A model generated the notes under the pieces. That model was not told the origin of the DNA, made no database searches, and was given only the letters and a program-made list of their open reading frames with translations. A DNA stretch of 64,000 nt from an uncultured bacterium (lineage in GTDB: Bacteria; Eisenbacteria; RBG-16-71-46), in NCBI GenBank assembly GCA_964405235.1, contig CAYONG010000135.1, forward strand, positions 1,346-65,345, read 5' to 3'. The position numbers were made by a program, and so were the translations under genes. Within the stretch, counting starts at the first letter, position 1; the number at the start of each line of letters is the position of its first letter. Of the stretch, positions 59,474-64,000 are shown piece by piece.

Positions 59474-61056
59474 CACACCGGATCGAACCAGCCGTTCCTG
59501 ATCAGCTCTTCGCTCCTGTGCCGCGCCTCGCGCATGGTCTCGGGGGTCCCCAGGTCGCGCCCCGGCGTGGGCGAGTCGAGCAGGCGCGCGAGCTCCTCGT
59601 CGAAGAGCTGGCTTACCCGCTCGGGCGTGTGCGCGACCGCCTGCCCTGAACCGTCGGTGATGGTGACCGCATCGCGGTGCACCATGCGTTGGGCGATCAT
59701 CAGGCGGTAGATGCGGTCGGTGGCGAGGTCCTCCATGTAGCCGTCGAGGAGACTCGCCCCCCTGCCGTTGAGCACGCCGTTGCGGTAGCGGATCGCGGTG
59801 CGCACAGCCGCGCGCGTCCCATCCAACGAATGTCGCCCGACGCCGGCCGGAACCGGCCTCAAGTCCGGATAGCGTTCGACGCCGGGCGGCCTCGCGGCGA
59901 GCTGATTGGGCGCCGGGAACTGCGCGACTGCGATCGCGTTCTGGTCCGGGTGGCCAGTCCAGGCGCCGTCCATGAAGCACGCCGCCTCGTTCTTCTTGTC
60001 ATGCTCCAGCACCTCGAGCGCGCGGGCGTTGAGCTCGGCGTCCTCGCGGCTCGGGTAGAGCGCGGTCATGCCGCCGATCGCGAGCGCGCCCCGCCTGTGA
60101 CAGATGTCGGCGAGCAGGTGGCGCAGGCGCTGGAAGAACGGCACATCGTGCGGGATGGTATTGCGGTCGGGCAGCACCCAGGCGGGATCGGCGTGTGTGT
60201 AGTGGATGAGGCTCGCCATGTAATCCCAGCGCCCCAGGTTGAGACCCAGGATATGGCCGCGGAGATGATGGAGGAACTCCTCCATCTGATAGGCGAAAGG
60301 GTGGGATTCGACCAGCGCCATGCACTTGATGGTCCCCAAGGGCCAGCGCTTGGCGCGCTCCAGCGCGCCAAACACCTCCACCCACCAGAGTGCCTCCTCG
60401 GCCGATTCGGACTTGGGGATGTAAAAGCAGAGCGGATGGCGCAGCCGCTCCGCGTCCACCTGGTAGGTGATCAAGGCAAGATCGAACAGCGAGGCCGAGG
60501 TGAGGTCCTCCCCCGACAGCACCCCTGCCTGCGCGAGGTGGAGGCCGCGCACCCGCGACCAGATGACGGTCGGGCTGGGTTCGATGCCCACCGTGCGACC
60601 CCGCTTCTTGTCCTCGTAGGTCAGCTCGCCGCGCAGCGCGCCAAGGATATTGCGCACGCCGAGCATCAGGTTGGGCCAGGCGTTGGCCATCGAATCCTCG
60701 AGGTCGAGCATGACGCCCGGCGCCCCCGAGTTGAGCATCTTCACCACCAGCTCGCCGTCGTCGGCCGGGCCGGTCATCTGGTTGCGCTGATCCGCACACC
60801 AGGCGGGCAGCGTGATGCGCCAGTCGCCGGTCGTGGCGGAGGAGGCTGGGAGATGTTCCGGGAGGTGGCCGTGTTGCGCGGCAGCGAGGACGCGCAGCCG
60901 CTCAGCGGCGAGCGCCTGCTGGCGCGGCGTAAACGCGCGGTGGAGCGGCCCGTAGAAAGTCCAGAAACCCGAGGGCAGGTCGCGCTCGGGGTCGAACCCC
61001 GGGGGCGCATGGTTCATCCGCGGATCAAGCATCACCCTGGCCTGGGCTCGTCCCAC
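59473..61056 (-). CDS. aceB: Malate synthase (A-type)
   Basis: MLDLEDS, CMALVESHPFAYQMEEFL, LNLGRWDY, and FMDGAWTGHPDQ. The start is ambiguous (61056, 61032 or 61017). Confidence 0.9.
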   Translation of the reverse strand: MGRAQARVMLDPRMNHAPPGFDPERDLPSGFWTFYGPLHRAFTPRQQALAAERLRVLAAAQHGHLPEHLPASSATTGDWRITLPAWCADQRNQMTGPADDGELVVKMLNSGAPGVMLDLEDSMANAWPNLMLGVRNILGALRGELTYEDKKRGRTVGIEPSPTVIWSRVRGLHLAQAGVLSGEDLTSASLFDLALITYQVDAERLRHPLCFYIPKSESAEEALWWVEVFGALERAKRWPLGTIKCMALVESHPFAYQMEEFLHHLRGHILGLNLGRWDYMASLIHYTHADPAWVLPDRNTIPHDVPFFQRLRHLLADICHRRGALAIGGMTALYPSREDAELNARALEVLEHDKKNEAACFMDGAWTGHPDQNAIAVAQFPAPNQLAARPPGVERYPDLRPVPAGVGRHSLDGTRAAVRTAIRYRNGVLNGRGASLLDGYMEDLATDRIYRLMIAQRMVHRDAVTITDGSGQAVAHTPERVSQLFDEELARLLDSPTPGRDLGTPETMREARHRSEELIRNGWFDPV

Positions 61057-61081
61057 CGTCCGTGGTGGTGTGTGGACCGCA

Positions 61082-62332
61082 TTAGCGCAGCGCCAGCCCC
61101 GTGCCCACCTTCTGGGCCAGCCGCTCTCCGATGGCGGTGATGAAGCCCTCGGTCGTGGCGAAACGCGGGACGGGCGGCTGGGCGATCGCCGACAGGTCCT
61201 TGGTGACAGTGCCGCTCTCGATGGTCTCGATCACCGACTCCTCGAGCGCCCGAGCGAACGCGACCAGCTCGGGCGTGCCGTCGAGCTCGCCGCGCTTGGC
61301 CAGCGCGCCGGTCCACGCGAAGATGGTGGCGGTCGAATTGGTCGAGGTGGGCTCCCCGCGCTGGTGCTGGTAGTAGTGCTTCTGCACCGTGCCGTGCGCG
61401 GCCTCGTACTCGAAATGTCCCTCGGGCGAGACCAGCACCGAGGTCATCAGGCCCAGGCTGCCGAAGCCCGAGGCGACCATGTCGCTCATCACGTCGCCGT
61501 CGTAGTTCATGCACGCCCACAGGAACCCGCCCGGGGCCCGCACCGCGCGCGCCACGGCGTCGTCGATGAGCAGGTAAGTGTAGGAGATGCCGGCCTTCTC
61601 GAAGTCCGCCTTACGGGCCTCGACCTCCTGCCGGAAGATCTCACGGAACGCGCCGTGATAGACCTTGGCGATCGTGTCCTTGCCGCTGAACCACATGTCC
61701 ACCTTGTCGTGCAGTGCGTAGGTGATGCAGGCCTTGGCGAACGAGCGGATCGAGGCGTCCAGGTTGTGGACGCCGCGCACGATCCCCGAGGCCTTGAACT
61801 CGTGGACGAGAATCCGTTGCGGTCCGCTGCCGTCGGCCGGCGTGAAGACGAGCTCGACGCGCCCCGGCTGGCGGATGCGCATCTCTGCGCTCTTGTACAT
61901 GTCGCCGTAGGCGTGGCGGCCGATGATGATCGGCTTCACCCACGAGCGCACCATCGGCGGCACGTTCTTCACGATGATCGGCTTGCGGAAAACCGTGCCG
62001 TCGAGGATGGCGCGGATGGTGCCGTTCGGGCTCGGCCAGGCCTTCTTGAGCTTGTACTCGGTCACCCGATCGTCGTTGGGCGTGATGGTCGCGCACTTGA
62101 CGCCGACCCCGTACTTCCTGATCGCCTGGGCGGCCTCCACGGTGACGGCATCGTCGGTGCGGTCACGATTCGGCAGGTGGAGGTCGTAGGCTTCGAGCTT
62201 CACGTCCACGAAGGGTTCGATGAGTTGTTTCTTCACCATCGCCCAGATGACCCGGGTCATCTCGTCACCGTCCATCTCGACGATGGGGTTCTTCACCACT
62301 ACTCTGGGGGCTGCTCCGCCGTGCATGGTCAT
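61082..62332 (-). CDS. icd: NADP-dependent isocitrate dehydrogenase (homodimeric, eukaryote-like subfamily II)
   Basis: [40 protein letters not shown], and EAAHGTV..HY. Confidence 0.95.
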   Translation of the reverse strand: MTMHGGAAPRVVVKNPIVEMDGDEMTRVIWAMVKKQLIEPFVDVKLEAYDLHLPNRDRTDDAVTVEAAQAIRKYGVGVKCATITPNDDRVTEYKLKKAWPSPNGTIRAILDGTVFRKPIIVKNVPPMVRSWVKPIIIGRHAYGDMYKSAEMRIRQPGRVELVFTPADGSGPQRILVHEFKASGIVRGVHNLDASIRSFAKACITYALHDKVDMWFSGKDTIAKVYHGAFREIFRQEVEARKADFEKAGISYTYLLIDDAVARAVRAPGGFLWACMNYDGDVMSDMVASGFGSLGLMTSVLVSPEGHFEYEAAHGTVQKHYYQHQRGEPTSTNSTATIFAWTGALAKRGELDGTPELVAFARALEESVIETIESGTVTKDLSAIAQPPVPRFATTEGFITAIGERLAQKVGTGLALR

Positions 62333-62493
62333 CGAGTTCTCCGGAATCGGGCAGGATTACCGTGACCACAAAGGTACCAGAGCGCGGGGCGCCCGACGAG
62401 CGGGCCGGGGGCGCATCCCCCCAGGGTGGGGCCCCCACGGGGCGCCCGGGCCGGCTTGTGTCCGGCGCTCGACCCTGATAGAAATGTCCCCTA

Positions 62494-63681
62494 ATGCGCA
62501 TCGCCGTGCCGCGAGAGATCATCCCGGGCGAGAACCGCGTCGCTCTGGTGCCCGAGACCGTCGCCAAGCTCGTAAAGAGCGGACTCGAGGTCGCCGTGGA
62601 GACCGGCGCCGGGGCTCAGGCCATGTTTGCCGACGAGGCCTACCGCCAGGCGGGGGCCACCATCGTGCCCGGTGCGCGCGAGCTCTACGCCGCGGCCGAC
62701 GTGGTGCTCAAGGTGCGCGAACCGGTCGCCAGCGACACGCTCGCGGCGCACGAGGCCGACCTGATCCGCGAGGGCGCCACCCTCATCGCGTTCCTCGGCC
62801 GCGACGCGCAGAGCGAGGCGGCAAGGAAGATGGCCGCGCGCGGCATCACCGCCTTCTCGATGGAGATGATCCCGCGCATCTCGCGCGCCCAGAAGATGGA
62901 CGCCCTCTCCTCGATGAGCACCGTCGCCGGCTACAAGGCGGTGCTCATGGCAGCGGCGACACTCGGCAAGTTCTTCCCGCTCCTGATGACCGCGGCCGGC
63001 ACCATCGCCCCCGCGCGCGTGTTCGTGCTCGGGGCCGGTGTCGCAGGGCTCCAGGCGATCGCCACCGCGAGAAGACTCGGCGGGGTGGTCGAGGCGTTCG
63101 ACGTGCGGCCCGCGGTGCGCGAGGAGGTGCAGAGCCTGGGCGCGACGTTCGTGGGCCACGATCTGCTCGACGAGGCTGCCGTGGCGGCGGGTGGCTACGC
63201 GAAGGAGCTGACGCCCGAGCAGCAGGCGAAACAGCGCCAGCTCGTGGCCGACCGCTTGAAGCAGTCCGACGTGGTGGTGAGCACCGCGATGGTGCCGGGC
63301 CGCACGGCCCCCATCTTGATCCCCGAGGCGACCGTGCGCGAGATGCGGCCCGGCTCGGTGATCGTGGACCTGGCTGCCGAGATGGGCGGCAACTGCGAGC
63401 TGACCCAGGCCGGGGCGGATGTCGTGCGGCACGGGGTCACCATCCTCGGCCCCGTCAACCTCGCCGCGACGGTGCCGGTACACGCGAGCCAGATGTACGC
63501 GCGCAACATCTCGGCGCTGCTCACCCACCTGATCAAGGACAAGGCGCTGAGCCTAGACTTCGAGGACGAGATTACCCGCGACACCTGCCTGGTGCGGGCG
63601 GGCGCGGCCGCCGCATCTGCGGGCGCCGGCGCCGTCGCGGCCCCTATCGCGGCCCCCGTTGGCTCTGAGGCGACGTCATGA
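62494..63681 (+). CDS. pntAA: NAD(P) transhydrogenase subunit alpha, part 1 (dI domain)
   Basis: MRIAVPREIIPGENRVALVPE, and the Rossmann motif VFVLGAGVAGLQAIATARRLGG. Confidence 0.9.
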   Translation: MRIAVPREIIPGENRVALVPETVAKLVKSGLEVAVETGAGAQAMFADEAYRQAGATIVPGARELYAAADVVLKVREPVASDTLAAHEADLIREGATLIAFLGRDAQSEAARKMAARGITAFSMEMIPRISRAQKMDALSSMSTVAGYKAVLMAAATLGKFFPLLMTAAGTIAPARVFVLGAGVAGLQAIATARRLGGVVEAFDVRPAVREEVQSLGATFVGHDLLDEAAVAAGGYAKELTPEQQAKQRQLVADRLKQSDVVVSTAMVPGRTAPILIPEATVREMRPGSVIVDLAAEMGGNCELTQAGADVVRHGVTILGPVNLAATVPVHASQMYARNISALLTHLIKDKALSLDFEDEITRDTCLVRAGAAAASAGAGAVAAPIAAPVGSEATS

Positions 63682-63977
63682 GCCCCACACTGCTCGCCGA
63701 GATCTACGTGTTCGTGCTGGCGGTATTCGTGGGCTTCGAGGTCATTTCGAAGGTGCCGGTGGTGCTCCACACGCCGCTCATGTCGGGCACCAACGCCATC
63801 CACGGCATCGTCATGCTGGGCGGCGTGCTGGTGCTCGGGACCGCCGACAGCCCGCTGCTGGTCGCGCTCGGGTTCGCCGCCGTGGTGCTGGGGGCGATGA
63901 ACCTGTTCGGCGGGTTCGTGGTGACCGACCGCATGCTCTACATGTTCAAGAAGAAGCCGCAGGCCAAGCGCCCATGA
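63678..63977 (+). CDS. pntAB: NAD(P) transhydrogenase subunit alpha, part 2 (membrane dII segment)
   Basis: VFVGFEVISKVP..LHTPLMSGTNAIHGIV. 3-4 TM segments. It overlaps the neighbouring genes by 4 nt on each side. Confidence 0.9.
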   Translation: MSPTLLAEIYVFVLAVFVGFEVISKVPVVLHTPLMSGTNAIHGIVMLGGVLVLGTADSPLLVALGFAAVVLGAMNLFGGFVVTDRMLYMFKKKPQAKRP

Positions 63978-64000
63978 CCGCCTCCGGGCCGCTCGCCACT
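63974..64000 (+). CDS. pntB: Start of NAD(P) transhydrogenase subunit beta (only 9 codons in the window)
   Basis: ATG overlapping the pntAB stop (ATGA). The call rests on conserved operon order only. Confidence 0.4.

Overview
Gene-dense, high-GC chromosomal window. Hand counts of a few 100-nt samples gave about 67% GC. No rRNA, tRNA or CRISPR array was recognised by eye. The source looks like an uncultured-type Gram-negative bacterium. It has RND/TolC genes, beta-barrel outer membrane proteins and a surface protein ending in a FlgD-Ig/T9SS-type C-terminal domain, which hints at Gemmatimonadota/Eisenbacteria-like lineages, but the taxonomy is not determinable here.

Content in order:
- coxB (partial), a diheme cytochrome c, and ctaA-ctaB co-directional with a DUF547/GT2/DUF3047 trio.
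- A secreted glycoside-hydrolase-like protein, a squalene-synthase-family gene, an MFS transporter, an alpha/beta hydrolase and a GH1 beta-glucosidase.
- A plasticity zone at about 12.6-18.3 kb. It holds a decayed IS481-family element with 30-bp inverted repeats that truncates a release-factor-1 remnant, a 1143-aa repeat-rich surface protein with a nested NHL propeller, and an atpD remnant.
- A small Cys-rich ORF followed by hsp20 and lon.
- A glycolipid-like operon (SDR::Gfo/Idh/MocA fusion, unknown protein, GT-C-like membrane protein).
- A GIDE-GIDE-LemA operon.
- A complete suf operon (merR-like regulator, sufA, sufC, sufB, sufD, sufS, sufU, Rieske, sufT) in which sufB carries a 338-aa LAGLIDADG intein.
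- An NCS1 permease and preA.
- A metal-resistance island: rcnA-like gene, HMA::CzcC chimera, P-II-like gene, czcA, czcB, czcC and a small His/Cys periplasmic protein.
- An aceB-GNAT-merB-like-aceA cluster beside icd, then pntAA-pntAB-pntB.

Headline observation: the MerB-family gene at 58201..58899 (minus strand) has one in-frame TGA exactly at the position of MerB catalytic Cys159. Twelve nucleotides downstream sits a two-tier hairpin whose apical loop is GGUC, which matches the geometry of the E. coli fdhF SECIS as I recall it. This makes it a candidate selenocysteine-containing MerB-like enzyme embedded in a glyoxylate-shunt operon. The alternative is a recent nonsense mutation.
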